DNA from: an uncultured Oxalobacter sp.
Lineage (GTDB): Bacteria; Pseudomonadota; Gammaproteobacteria; Burkholderiales; Burkholderiaceae_D
Reading direction: 5' to 3'
Length of the DNA stretch: 62,903 bases
Assembly: GCA_964602435.1 (NCBI GenBank)
Contig: CAZRQR010000001.1
Span: forward strand, 1-62,903
Both the position numbers and the translations under genes were made by a program. Below, piece after piece: positions 1 through 11,463 of this stretch. Position 1 is the first letter of the stretch. The number at the start of each line of letters is the position of its first letter. The notes beneath the pieces were generated by a model. The model did not search any database. It was given only the letters and a program-made list of their open reading frames with translations, and had not been told where the DNA came from.

Positions 1-14
1 TCTTCTACCCCCCT

Positions 15-44
15 TCAAACGCCCGCAACAACGCGGGCGTTTGA
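15..44. terminator. Perfect 12-bp inverted repeat, probable terminator or stabilising hairpin of an upstream transcript
   Basis: TCAAACGCCCGC-aacaac-GCGGGCGTTTGA; no strong U-tract, and the upstream gene is outside the window. Confidence 0.45.
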
Positions 45-202
45 CCACCCCCTCTAGATCAGCAACGTACATTCCAAACCGATAAGCTGTCTATTTCAGC
101 GGATCATCATACTTGTTCACAGCTCAACCCACCACACGATATTTTTGTTAGACTCGTCCTGCAAAAACAAATGACAAAAACGAACCGGAAAGGAAAAGCC
201 GC

Positions 203-748
203 TTGCTGTACAGTATTTTGAAAATGATTGCCGATGCTGCCACAACCATACTGGGTGGCGCATTTCTTCTGCGGTTCTGGATACAGGTCGTACGGACAAT
301 GCCTCCTCTCCAGATCGTCAATTTTCTCCTTCAACTGACCGACTGGCTCATCAAACCGATCAGAAAAGCCGTTCCCGGGTGGAACGGTTATGACTGGTCA
401 ACACTGATCGCCGCCATTTTGATGGCTGCCTTCTCGGCACTGTTTGATACCTGGCTGATCAATTACTTTTCACCCAAAATCATTCTGTTCCTGATGGCGC
501 TGTCCCTGCTGAACTGGATCATATACGGCTTCATGGGACTTCTGATTATCGAAGCCATTTTCAGCTGGGTCAATCCATACAGTCCAATCGCATCATTTGT
601 AAGAGATCTGAACGCTCCCCTGTTGCGACCTGTCAGACGTTTTCTTCCGATACTGGGAGGATTCGATTTTTCAACACTTGTCGCATTTTTTCTGCTGCAA
701 ATCGTCTCCAGAATCACCACCCATCTGATTTTATCCAATCTGATATGA
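203..748 (+). CDS. yggT: YggT family membrane protein
   Basis: Two YGGT repeats (LTDWLIKPIRKAVP...DWS; LNAPLLRPVRRFLP..GGFDFS); TTG start; adjacent to yggU. Confidence 0.92.
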   Translation: MLYSILKMIADAATTILGGAFLLRFWIQVVRTMPPLQIVNFLLQLTDWLIKPIRKAVPGWNGYDWSTLIAAILMAAFSALFDTWLINYFSPKIILFLMALSLLNWIIYGFMGLLIIEAIFSWVNPYSPIASFVRDLNAPLLRPVRRFLPILGGFDFSTLVAFFLLQIVSRITTHLILSNLI

Positions 749-1047
749 CAGCCACATGGTTATCGAAAACAAAAGAAAACTACCGGATATCTGTGCAAGT
801 CAGCCCGAATGCCCGAAAATCGGAAATCCTTTCTGCTGAAGGAGATGCATTGCGCATACGGTTACAGGCTCAGCCCGTTGATGGCAAGGCCAACGAGGCA
901 CTCATTCAGTTTATCGCGAAAAAGCTCCGTACCCCGCGCAAAAACATCACCATTACACATGGTCTTTCCAGCAAGCACAAATTGCTTGAAATCACTCTTC
1001 CGGAATGGACTCCGGAAGAGATCGAAAAACGGCTTTTGTCCATTTGA
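745..1047 (+). CDS. yggU: DUF167/YggU family protein
   Basis: VSPNARKS, PVDGKANEAL and GLSSKHK motifs; ATGA overlap with yggT. Confidence 0.92.
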   Translation: MTATWLSKTKENYRISVQVSPNARKSEILSAEGDALRIRLQAQPVDGKANEALIQFIAKKLRTPRKNITITHGLSSKHKLLEITLPEWTPEEIEKRLLSI

Positions 1048-1059
1048 TGCGGCAATAGC

Positions 1060-1647
1060 CTATCCGGCCCAGAATGCCAGAGGTATATTCCTGAAAGAGC
1101 GTACTTTTTCCTTTTCAAGTTTTTCCCTGAAATAACGCCAGTCGAAAAAAGGACCAGGATCGGTTTTTCTTTCCGGAGCGATATGCTGATGCCCCGTAAC
1201 GGTTTCCAAAGGATAACGACGGCACAAGGCAGCCGTCAGCGATACCAGCGTATCGTACTGCTGCGGCATAAACGGAACATCATCCGTTCCCTCGATTTCA
1301 ATTCCGATAGAAAAATCATTGCATCCTTTACGTCCGCGATATTCGGAAACACCCGCATGCCATGCCCGTTTGTCGGCGGAAACAAACTGTACCAGCATGC
1401 CGTTACGCCTGATCAGAAAATGCGAGGAAACTTTCAGGGAACGCAACTGGTCAAAAAAGGGATGACGATCACAATCAAGACGATTCAGGAAAAGATCCGC
1501 AATATAATGACCGCCGAATTCACCGGGCGGCAAACTGATATTGTGAATGACCAGCAGATCGATTGTCTGGCTTTTTGGACGGTCATTTTGGTTCGGCGAA
1601 TCAAGACGCATGGCGTCTGAACACCAACCTTGGCTATTGATATTCAT
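1060..1647 (-). CDS. ampD: 1,6-anhydro-N-acetylmuramyl-L-alanine amidase
   Basis: IHNISLPPG, VSSHFLI, RAWHAG, SIGIEIEG, GHQHIAPERKTDPGP. Confidence 0.96.
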   Translation of the reverse strand: MNINSQGWCSDAMRLDSPNQNDRPKSQTIDLLVIHNISLPPGEFGGHYIADLFLNRLDCDRHPFFDQLRSLKVSSHFLIRRNGMLVQFVSADKRAWHAGVSEYRGRKGCNDFSIGIEIEGTDDVPFMPQQYDTLVSLTAALCRRYPLETVTGHQHIAPERKTDPGPFFDWRYFREKLEKEKVRSFRNIPLAFWAG

Positions 1648-1688
1648 ATTGCAACCGTAAAAAACAAGGCGGTCAATACAATCCGCAT

Positions 1689-2003
1689 TCAGGAAGAATG
1701 CTTGCGGGAAAAATAAGCCACACTATGCTCATGACAGCAGAAGATTTTTCCGGAACGTTCCACTGCTTCCGACACAGGAACATAAACTTCACAGAATTCG
1801 CAGCAAACCATTCGTTCGACTTCTCCTGGAGAAGAACTCGCAGCGGAAGAAAGAGGATGTCGCGGTGAACCGTTTCCGGAATAATCATGCCGGGTCTGAT
1901 TGAACGGATTCTGCCGGATAATGAAAATGCGCGCACTCCGCCGGATCTTCACAATGATGGCGACAATAATCAGAACCAGTACCAGCAACCACATCCAAGC
2001 CAT
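1689..2003 (-). CDS. PP0621-family small membrane-anchored protein with C-terminal Cys/His (zinc-binding-like) motif
   Basis: N-terminal TM helix and MVCCEFCEVYVP...FCCHEH; start chosen at ATG 2003 after GGAGAG RBS (ORF open to 2030). Confidence 0.8.
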   Translation of the reverse strand: MAWMWLLVLVLIIVAIIVKIRRSARIFIIRQNPFNQTRHDYSGNGSPRHPLSSAASSSPGEVERMVCCEFCEVYVPVSEAVERSGKIFCCHEHSVAYFSRKHSS

Positions 2004-2142
2004 TTTTCTCTCCGGTATCAGACCCGGCATTTTCAGCCGGACTGTATGGGTATCATTTTATCAGGGTATGAACGAACCGTTCGTCTATAATGAACAGAAG
2101 ATATATTAGGCCGATTTTCTGTTTATTCAAGTTTTTCCAACC

Positions 2143-2853
2143 ATGTCTACCATTACCGATCACCTTCAGAAAGTAAAAGAACATATCGATCTGGCCGCAC
2201 AAAAAGCGGAACGTGATCCTTCAGGCATACACCTGCTGGCTGTTTCCAAAACACAGCCTGTTGAAGCCATTCTCGAAGCGGCAGCTGCCGGCCAAAATTC
2301 TTTTGGCGAGAATTATGAGCAGGAAGCCGTATCAAAAATTCTCGCCATACGAAAAAACCGGCCCGATCTGAAACTGGAATGGCATTTTATAGGACCGATC
2401 CAGAGCAATAAAACTCGCACCATTGCCGAATATTTCGACTGGGTTCATTCCGTCGATCGTGAGAAAATCGCAAAACGGCTCTCGGATCAGCGCCCATCCC
2501 ATCTGCCGCCGTTAAATATCTGCCTTCAGATCAATATCAGTGGTGAAACGAGCAAAAGCGGCATCCATCCGGAAAACCTGCCTGACTTGGCCAAGGCTGT
2601 TTCCGGCTTGCCCCGTCTGAAACTGCGAGGACTGATGTCCATTCCAGAGCCTGAATCCGACCCGGACAAACAAAAAAAGCCCTTCAGGGTCATGAAAACC
2701 TTGTTCAAGCAATTACAGGACTCGGGATTCGAACTGGATACCTTATCAATGGGCATGTCGGGCGACATGGAAGCTGCAATAGACGAGGGTGCAACAATTG
2801 TACGTATCGGTACAGCCATTTTCGGGCAAAGAAACTACCCCTTCCACCGGTAA
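2143..2853 (+). CDS. yggS: PLP homeostasis protein (YggS/PLPBP)
   Basis: LLAVSKT, FGENYEQE, WHFIGPIQSNK, LSMGMSGD, VRIGTAIFG. Confidence 0.97.
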   Translation: MSTITDHLQKVKEHIDLAAQKAERDPSGIHLLAVSKTQPVEAILEAAAAGQNSFGENYEQEAVSKILAIRKNRPDLKLEWHFIGPIQSNKTRTIAEYFDWVHSVDREKIAKRLSDQRPSHLPPLNICLQINISGETSKSGIHPENLPDLAKAVSGLPRLKLRGLMSIPEPESDPDKQKKPFRVMKTLFKQLQDSGFELDTLSMGMSGDMEAAIDEGATIVRIGTAIFGQRNYPFHR

Positions 2854-2897
2854 ATGAAAGCAGGAATGCCGGAAAACATCGCCCGGAAACCGGAAAT

Positions 2898-3248
2898 TTA
2901 CTTCCTGCGTTTCATCAGATATCCGATGACAGGCATGATAACCGGATCGAAACGTCTCCATGTCTTGAAAAGAACCGTTGCGGAAAACAGCCATGAAACC
3001 ATGCGCCGCGGTCTTATCACCAGAAAAGCCAGAACAAGGACGCCGATCAATACCGGTTTTTTCCTGATCTGGCTGAATCTGTTCCATAAATCCAGTCCTC
3101 TGGAAACAACATCGGGCATTTGCATCAGGGAAAGAGCTTCCACTGCCAGTTTTTCCCTCAACAGTGCACTCTGGACGAGAAGCTCTGCCTTGCGATGTGT
3201 CGATTTTTCGGAAAGTTCAGCCATAGATAGCATCGAGTGCATGTGCAC
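2898..3248 (-). CDS. YqjK-like protein
   Basis: RKAELL..SA..RE.L N-terminus plus TM segment followed by RPRR; third gene of elaB-yqjE-yqjK triad. Confidence 0.75.
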   Translation of the reverse strand: MHMHSMLSMAELSEKSTHRKAELLVQSALLREKLAVEALSLMQMPDVVSRGLDLWNRFSQIRKKPVLIGVLVLAFLVIRPRRMVSWLFSATVLFKTWRRFDPVIMPVIGYLMKRRK

Positions 3249-3251
3249 GTA

Positions 3252-3617
3252 TTATGTGGAAGGAGTCAGACGGTCAATATCTTTTTCAATTTCCTGACGG
3301 GTCAACTCGAACAGTTTCGGCTTCCTGCTGAAACTGCGCCGAATACTCCACCAGATAATACCCGTGGCGATGCCAAAAAAGACCATCATGCCAACTATTG
3401 CGGAAATCCGGCAGGAATCCCAGCAAAGCACGATAACCAGTATGACAGCGAGCAATACAGTCAATGCAAGGCAGAACAGGGCAAACAAAGACAACAAGAG
3501 ATAGGTCAGAAGACGGGTCCACTCCTCTTCCAGCTCGATTGCAATCAATTCCACCCGTGTCTTTACGATGGCAAGCAATGTGCTTGCCACCCTTGCAAAG
3601 TTATTGACCACTGCCAT
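3252..3617 (-). CDS. yqjE: YqjE / phage-holin-like family membrane protein
   Basis: TRVELIAIELEEE, two TM helices, F..TRQEIEKD. Confidence 0.85.
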   Translation of the reverse strand: MAVVNNFARVASTLLAIVKTRVELIAIELEEEWTRLLTYLLLSLFALFCLALTVLLAVILVIVLCWDSCRISAIVGMMVFFGIATGIIWWSIRRSFSRKPKLFELTRQEIEKDIDRLTPST

Positions 3618-3630
3618 ATTCCAGACTGAC

Positions 3631-3954
3631 CTATTTCTTCGAGCGAGCGATCAGAACACCGACAAGAACACCAACGGCAGCGACAATACCTACAGCCTTC
3701 CAGGGATGTTCCTTGGCAAACTCCGCTGTGCATACCGCCGCATCCTTCGCTTTGGTCACAACAACATCATTGATCTCGCCAAGGACAAACTTGGCATCGG
3801 AAATGGTCGCTTCCAGTTTTTTCTTGGCATTCTGATAGCTTTCACTTCCATGGTGGGTACTGTTTTCCAGCACTTTTTCGGCATCGCTGATAATCGACTT
3901 CAGACTGCCCATGATTTTGCTGCCGGACTGCCCGGCGTTTTCCAGAATTTCCAT
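3631..3954 (-). CDS. ElaB/YqjD/DUF883 membrane-anchored ribosome-binding protein
   Basis: C-terminal EHPWKAVGIVAAVGVLVGVLIAR tail anchor. Confidence 0.9.
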   Translation of the reverse strand: MEILENAGQSGSKIMGSLKSIISDAEKVLENSTHHGSESYQNAKKKLEATISDAKFVLGEINDVVVTKAKDAAVCTAEFAKEHPWKAVGIVAAVGVLVGVLIARSKK

Positions 3955-4066
3955 ACTCTTTTCCTTCCTGTCAAAGTTGAGTAAAAAGCCTATTTTCAGA
4001 CGTAAACAATTTAACAGACAAGCATTGCGATCGCCAAAAACATCATGGTTTTCCCATAGGATAACC

Positions 4067-4924
4067 TTACCTCAATGCGTAGTCCAGCACTATACCGCCA
4101 AATATGAAAGCCCCCAGCCAGTTATTATGATTAAACGCCCGGAAGCAGCCCTGACGCTCCCTGTTTCTGATCAACCGGTAATGGTAAAAGACGCAACAAA
4201 CCGCCCCGAGCCATCCGGCAAAAAACCAGATGCCCAGTTGTTCGAGCCAACCGGCAAGCAAAACGATCGACATCATCATGGCATAGCAGAACATCACCGC
4301 CGGTACATCGAAACGGCCGAACGTAATGGCCGATGTATAAATTCCGATTTTCAGATCATCGTCGCGGTCCACCATTGCATATTCAGTATCGTATGCAAGT
4401 GCCCAGAATACATTGCCCAATAACAAAAACCATGCCATCGGAGGAACCTGATTCGATACGGCAGCGAAAGCCATGGGTATGCCGAAACCGAAAGCAACCC
4501 CCAGATACGCTTGCGGCAACACAAAAAAACGCTTGAAAAAAGGATATGTCGCAGCGACCGCCACGGCCAGAAACGAGAGGCCGATCGTCAATCTGTTCAA
4601 GGGCAATACCAGAAGAAAAGACAATACGGACAGAACAACCGCCACCCAGATCGCCTCGGACGGTTTCAGTTTTCCCGAAGTCAACGGACGTTCCGCCGTC
4701 CTTTCAACATACCGGTCAAAATGCCGGTCGGCAAAATCGTTGATCGCGCATCCGGCAGAACGCATCAGTACCGTCCCGGCAGTGAATATCACAACCAGCG
4801 AAACCGGAGGCTTGCCACCGGAAGCAATCCACAAGGCACACAAGGTAGGCCATAGCAACAGCAATATTCCGATCGGCTTGTCCATCCGGACCAGACGCCA
4901 ATAAAGCAACAGACGATTTTCCAT
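4067..4924 (-). CDS. ubiA: 4-hydroxybenzoate polyprenyltransferase
   Basis: [44 protein letters not shown]; start 4924 preferred (ORF open to 4948). Confidence 0.96.
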   Translation of the reverse strand: MENRLLLYWRLVRMDKPIGILLLLWPTLCALWIASGGKPPVSLVVIFTAGTVLMRSAGCAINDFADRHFDRYVERTAERPLTSGKLKPSEAIWVAVVLSVLSFLLVLPLNRLTIGLSFLAVAVAATYPFFKRFFVLPQAYLGVAFGFGIPMAFAAVSNQVPPMAWFLLLGNVFWALAYDTEYAMVDRDDDLKIGIYTSAITFGRFDVPAVMFCYAMMMSIVLLAGWLEQLGIWFFAGWLGAVCCVFYHYRLIRNRERQGCFRAFNHNNWLGAFIFGGIVLDYALR

Positions 4925-4980
4925 GTTTTTCTTTCCGGCAATATACAACCTGCAGACCGGTATTATTTTACCCGACCGGT

Positions 4981-7017
4981 TCAGACATTCAGGAATTCTT
5001 CCCTGTTATCCAGCCACCGCTGCAAATGGGCGGAAATGATCTTCTCAGCATCCGGAATTCCCCCATTCAACAACATTCCGGCAAACCCGGCAGCTTTCTC
5101 GATTAACAGCCCGTCCTTTTCGATATCGGCAAATCTCAGCATGGCCTGTCCCGATTGTCTTGCGCCGAGAAATTCCCCTGGCCCCCGGATTTCAAGATCA
5201 CGTTGCGCAATCATGAATCCGTCATTCGTTTCGCGCATGGTCATCAGTCTCTGCCTGGCCGTTTCTCCAAGCGGCTTCTGATACATCAACAAACAGACAC
5301 TCTCGGCATCGCCGCGTCCGACCCGTCCTCTCAGCTGATGGAGTTGCGACAGGCCGAAACGTTCGGCATGTTCTATGACCATAAGCGATGCATTCGGAAC
5401 GTCTACCCCGACTTCGATAACCGTTGTCGCAACAAGTACCTGTATACTTCCATCCTGAAATCCTCTCATGACACGCTGCTTTTCTTCGGACTTCATTCTT
5501 CCGTGTACCAGTCCGACAGACAACCCCTCCAAGGCTTCCGTCAACATCGTGTGCGTATCAACCGCCGTCTGTAACTGCAGATTTTCCGATTCCTCAATAA
5601 GGGGGCAGACCCAGTAAATCTGTTTGCCCTGCATCACGGCAGCGCGTATGCGTCCGATAACCTCATCCCGCCTTTCCTGATTGATCAATCGGGTCATGAC
5701 GGGTTTGCGGCCGGGCGGCAATTCGTGGATAACGGAAACATCCAGATCGGCATAAAAAGTCATGGCCAGCGTTCGCGGGATAGGGGTTGCGCTCATCATC
5801 AACTGATGAGGCACCATCCATTCATCTCCCTTGTTCCTCAGCACGAGACGCTGCCTCACTCCAAAACGATGCTGCTCATCAATGACAACCAGTCCAAGAC
5901 CGGCGAACCGGACAGTATCCTGAATCAGGGCATGTGTGCCGACAATAAGGCGAGTCCGTCCCTGCTCAACAGCTGCAAGTATGGCTTCCCTGTCTTTCTT
6001 CTTCATACTGCCACTTATCCAGGCAACCGGCACCCCCAAGGACGCCATCCAGCCGGACAGCCGATGATAATGCTGTTCTGCCAGTATCTCTGTCGGCGCC
6101 ATCATGGCAACCTGACAGCCGTTACCGATCACCTGCAAGACGGCAATAGCCGCGACAACCGTCTTGCCACTGCCGACATCTCCCTGAAGAAGCCTTTGCA
6201 TCGGAAATTTCCTGTCCAGATCCCTGCGTATTTCAGCAATGGCCTTTTGCTGCGCTTTCGTCAGTTCAAAAGGCAAATTGCGGACAAAACATTCAACCAG
6301 TTTTCCCGGTACAGGAAAAGGTTGCGCTTTCAGTCGCTGCCTTGCAAGCTGTGCCCGACGCATCGACAACTGTTGTGCAAGCAACTCGTCAAATTTCATC
6401 CGTTTCCATGCCGGATGCGAACGATCGACCAATGTACGGACATCTGTATCGGCCGGTGGATTGTGCAAAAAACGAATCGCTTCGGAAAAGGCAGGAAGTT
6501 TCAATTCCGCCAGCATGGTTTCTGGCAAAGTATCGTCAAGTTCCAGTTTTTCCAGACAGGCGGCAATCGCCTTGCGAAGATAATTCTGCGAAATACCGCT
6601 ACCTGATGGATAGACCGGCGTCAATGCGGCAGGGAGTGGTGTGCCTGCTTCAACCATACGATAGGCTGGATGCACCATTTCAACGCCATTGAATCCCTGT
6701 CTGACTTCACCGCGCGCCCGTATCCTTCTTCCGATTGAAAGCTGCCTGATCTGGCTGGGATAAAAATGAAGGAATCTCAGCACGAGAAGACCTGTTTCAT
6801 CCGAGACAAACACAACCAGTTGCTTTCTGGGATGGTACTGCACTTCCGATGCCATAATGATGCCTTCAATCTGGGCCGTTCCGGTCTGCCATGACACCAC
6901 CTCGGAAATACTTGCCAGTTCCGTTTCATCCTCATAGCGCAATGGCAAATGCAGCAACAGATCCATCTCCGTTCGAATACCGAGACGTTCCAGTTTATTC
7001 ATGACTGACAAAGACAC
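4981..7017 (-). CDS. recG: ATP-dependent DNA helicase RecG
   Basis: [38 protein letters not shown]. Confidence 0.98.
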   Translation of the reverse strand: MSLSVMNKLERLGIRTEMDLLLHLPLRYEDETELASISEVVSWQTGTAQIEGIIMASEVQYHPRKQLVVFVSDETGLLVLRFLHFYPSQIRQLSIGRRIRARGEVRQGFNGVEMVHPAYRMVEAGTPLPAALTPVYPSGSGISQNYLRKAIAACLEKLELDDTLPETMLAELKLPAFSEAIRFLHNPPADTDVRTLVDRSHPAWKRMKFDELLAQQLSMRRAQLARQRLKAQPFPVPGKLVECFVRNLPFELTKAQQKAIAEIRRDLDRKFPMQRLLQGDVGSGKTVVAAIAVLQVIGNGCQVAMMAPTEILAEQHYHRLSGWMASLGVPVAWISGSMKKKDREAILAAVEQGRTRLIVGTHALIQDTVRFAGLGLVVIDEQHRFGVRQRLVLRNKGDEWMVPHQLMMSATPIPRTLAMTFYADLDVSVIHELPPGRKPVMTRLINQERRDEVIGRIRAAVMQGKQIYWVCPLIEESENLQLQTAVDTHTMLTEALEGLSVGLVHGRMKSEEKQRVMRGFQDGSIQVLVATTVIEVGVDVPNASLMVIEHAERFGLSQLHQLRGRVGRGDAESVCLLMYQKPLGETARQRLMTMRETNDGFMIAQRDLEIRGPGEFLGARQSGQAMLRFADIEKDGLLIEKAAGFAGMLLNGGIPDAEKIISAHLQRWLDNREEFLNV

Positions 7018-7158
7018 GCAACAAAAACACCATGTAAATAATCATCCCGTATTTTCCCGGATAGCGGTCTGTATTATCCCAGATTTTCACCAGACTGCAT
7101 GAAAACGTTATCATCATGTCTGATTCAGTTAGGTCTTTCATTTTCCGGAACCAATTTT

Positions 7159-8658
7159 ATGAAATTACCGCGCCGCAGTGGAATTCTCCTGCACCCCACG
7201 TCACTGCCGGGACCTTTCGGGTCCGGCGATTTCGGACGGGATGCATACTATTTCGTCGACTGGCTTTCCTCGGCCCGCCAGTCCCTCTGGCAAATGCTTC
7301 CCCTGTGCGATATCGGCACCGGAAACTCTCCCTACATGAGTCCATCGGCTTTCGCCGGAAATATTTTCCTGATCGGACTCGAGGCGCTCCGCGACGCAGG
7401 ATGGCTGAGAAACGAAGAACTGAACCCCAACACGGCTTTTGAAAAGTACCGTATCCATTTTCCCGCCGTCATTCAATTCAGAACATCCCGTCTGAAACTT
7501 GCCGCCAGCCGTTTTTCCGAAATGGCTGACCGGAAAACAAGGCTTTCTTTCGAAAACTTCTGCCTGAAATCCGGTTTCTGGCTGGAGAAATACGCGATTT
7601 TCAGGACCATCAGCGACCTGTATGGTACGGCATGGCAACAATGGCCCGAACCGCTTGCAAAACGGAATCCGGAAACCATTGCTTCTTTCGTTTCAGAGCA
7701 CAGCCGGGAAATCCTGTTCTGGAAATTCTGCCAGTGGTGTTTTTACACGCAATGGGATGCATTGCGTACCTATGCCCATTCGAAAGGAATCGACATTATC
7801 GGCGATATTCCCATTTTCGTCTCCTTGAACAGTGCCGATGTCTGGGCTCATCCCGAACTCTTCGATCTGGATGATTCAGGATATCCACGTGCGGTTGCAG
7901 GGGTTCCGCCAGACCAATTCAGCGACAAGGGCCAACACTGGGGCAATCCTTTATATGACTGGAAAAAACATGCCGACACCCGCTATGACTGGTGGACAAA
8001 GCGCATGAAGCACATGATGGAAATCTATGACTATGTCCGGCTTGACCACTTTCGCGGATTCCAGGCTTACTGGGCCATACCGTCAGACAGTGAAATTCCG
8101 GCACAAGGCAAATGGATGGATGGCCCGGGAAACGCTTTTTTAGACGTCATGAAAAAGGAATTCGGATCATTGAGATTCATTGCCGAAGATCTTGGCGTGA
8201 TTACCCGCGAAGTGGATGAACTCCGCAAAAAATACGAACTGCCGGGCATGCGCATTCTGCAATTCGCGTTTGATCTTAACCCTGCCAATCCCTATTTGCC
8301 CTACAATTATAATCACGATACCGTTGTCTATACCGGCACACACGATAATGACACCATCAAGGGATGGTGGAACAGCCTGCCCGAACAAAACAGGGACCTT
8401 GTACGCCGTTATCTGAGTATCAATGGCGAATGGATAAACTGGGATCTGATCAGGGCAGCCTGGTCTTCCACAGCCGCATTTGCCCTGACACCTTATCAGG
8501 ACATTCTCGGCATGGATTCTTCCGGCCGGATGAACATACCTGGCGAAAAAACAGGATCGTGGGAATGGCGCTTCGACTGGAAACAGGTCGAATCATGGCC
8601 GTCCGGATACCTTGCCGGAATGACGGAAACATACGGACGCATTTATTCCCGGCAATAA
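7159..8658 (+). CDS. malQ: 4-alpha-glucanotransferase (amylomaltase, GH77)
   Basis: [53 protein letters not shown]; start 7159 preferred (ORF open to 7099). Confidence 0.95.
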   Translation: MKLPRRSGILLHPTSLPGPFGSGDFGRDAYYFVDWLSSARQSLWQMLPLCDIGTGNSPYMSPSAFAGNIFLIGLEALRDAGWLRNEELNPNTAFEKYRIHFPAVIQFRTSRLKLAASRFSEMADRKTRLSFENFCLKSGFWLEKYAIFRTISDLYGTAWQQWPEPLAKRNPETIASFVSEHSREILFWKFCQWCFYTQWDALRTYAHSKGIDIIGDIPIFVSLNSADVWAHPELFDLDDSGYPRAVAGVPPDQFSDKGQHWGNPLYDWKKHADTRYDWWTKRMKHMMEIYDYVRLDHFRGFQAYWAIPSDSEIPAQGKWMDGPGNAFLDVMKKEFGSLRFIAEDLGVITREVDELRKKYELPGMRILQFAFDLNPANPYLPYNYNHDTVVYTGTHDNDTIKGWWNSLPEQNRDLVRRYLSINGEWINWDLIRAAWSSTAAFALTPYQDILGMDSSGRMNIPGEKTGSWEWRFDWKQVESWPSGYLAGMTETYGRIYSRQ

Positions 8659-8734
8659 ACACGGCTATACTGGCGTTTTCCAGTATTTTCATTACCAACG
8701 TACTTTATCATCCGCATCCACGGATGCGTTTCTT

Positions 8735-10913
<2,179 letters not shown>

Positions 10914-11023
10914 TGGTTCCATCATCATATTCGGCCATGCCTGTCACAAAAATGGCGGGTATCGCAATTACCCGGGCAGTTTTCATCACAAAACGCAGAA
11001 ATGCATGAAAACGCCGCACATGG

Positions 11024-11032
11024 TGCTAGAAT
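11024..11032 (+). promoter_or_regulatory. Extended -10 promoter element for yajC-secDF
   Basis: TG-C-TAGAAT about 35 nt upstream of the yajC ATG. Confidence 0.45.
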
Positions 11033-11066
11033 CCTGAGTTAAACCAAAATCCGACCTGGAGAATAC

Positions 11067-11393
11067 ATGTTTATTACCAATGCCTATGCCCAATCGGCCG
11101 CTTCCGGATTTTCATTGGACAGTATGGGGAGTTTCCTTCCGATTCTGCTCATGTTTGTCGTACTGTATTTCCTGATGATACGGCCGCAGCAGAAAAAACA
11201 GAGAGAACAGAAAGACATGCTCAATGCATTGGCGACAGGCGATGAAGTTCTTACATCAGGCGGTATCGTTGGAAAAATCACGAAGGTAACCGAAAATTTC
11301 ATCACTCTGGAAATTTCGGCAGGAACCGAAATCATCATCCAGAAAACATCCATTGTTTCCATGCTCCCCAACGGTACTATTGAAAACCTGTAA
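11067..11393 (+). CDS. yajC: Preprotein translocase subunit YajC
   Basis: YFLMIRPQQKK, GDEVLTSGGIVG. Confidence 0.97.
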   Translation: MFITNAYAQSAASGFSLDSMGSFLPILLMFVVLYFLMIRPQQKKQREQKDMLNALATGDEVLTSGGIVGKITKVTENFITLEISAGTEIIIQKTSIVSMLPNGTIENL

Positions 11394-11463
11394 CCGGCCG
11401 GCCGCCAACAGCCACCCGGCTGTTCCCGCGCGCACCCGACCAATGCATTTCCGACGTTAAATC

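Noticed and set aside
1-60. Possible 3' flank of an rRNA operon or other RNA gene
   Set aside because: Only a C-rich stretch and a hairpin are visible; there is no rRNA or tRNA sequence inside the window
3252-3617. 'Phage holin' family gene as sign of a prophage
   Set aside because: It is the chromosomal elaB-yqjE-yqjK triad, with no phage genes nearby
5725-6606. Long antisense ORFs (293 aa opposite recG; also 53475-54284, 61171-62121, 43719-44408 and others)
   Set aside because: Shadow ORFs on the reverse strand of well-conserved genes, with no recognisable motifs
8659-8734. preQ1 riboswitch upstream of queA
   Set aside because: Only a short hairpin (CGCATC-cacg-GATGCG); no preQ1 consensus loop or A-rich tail
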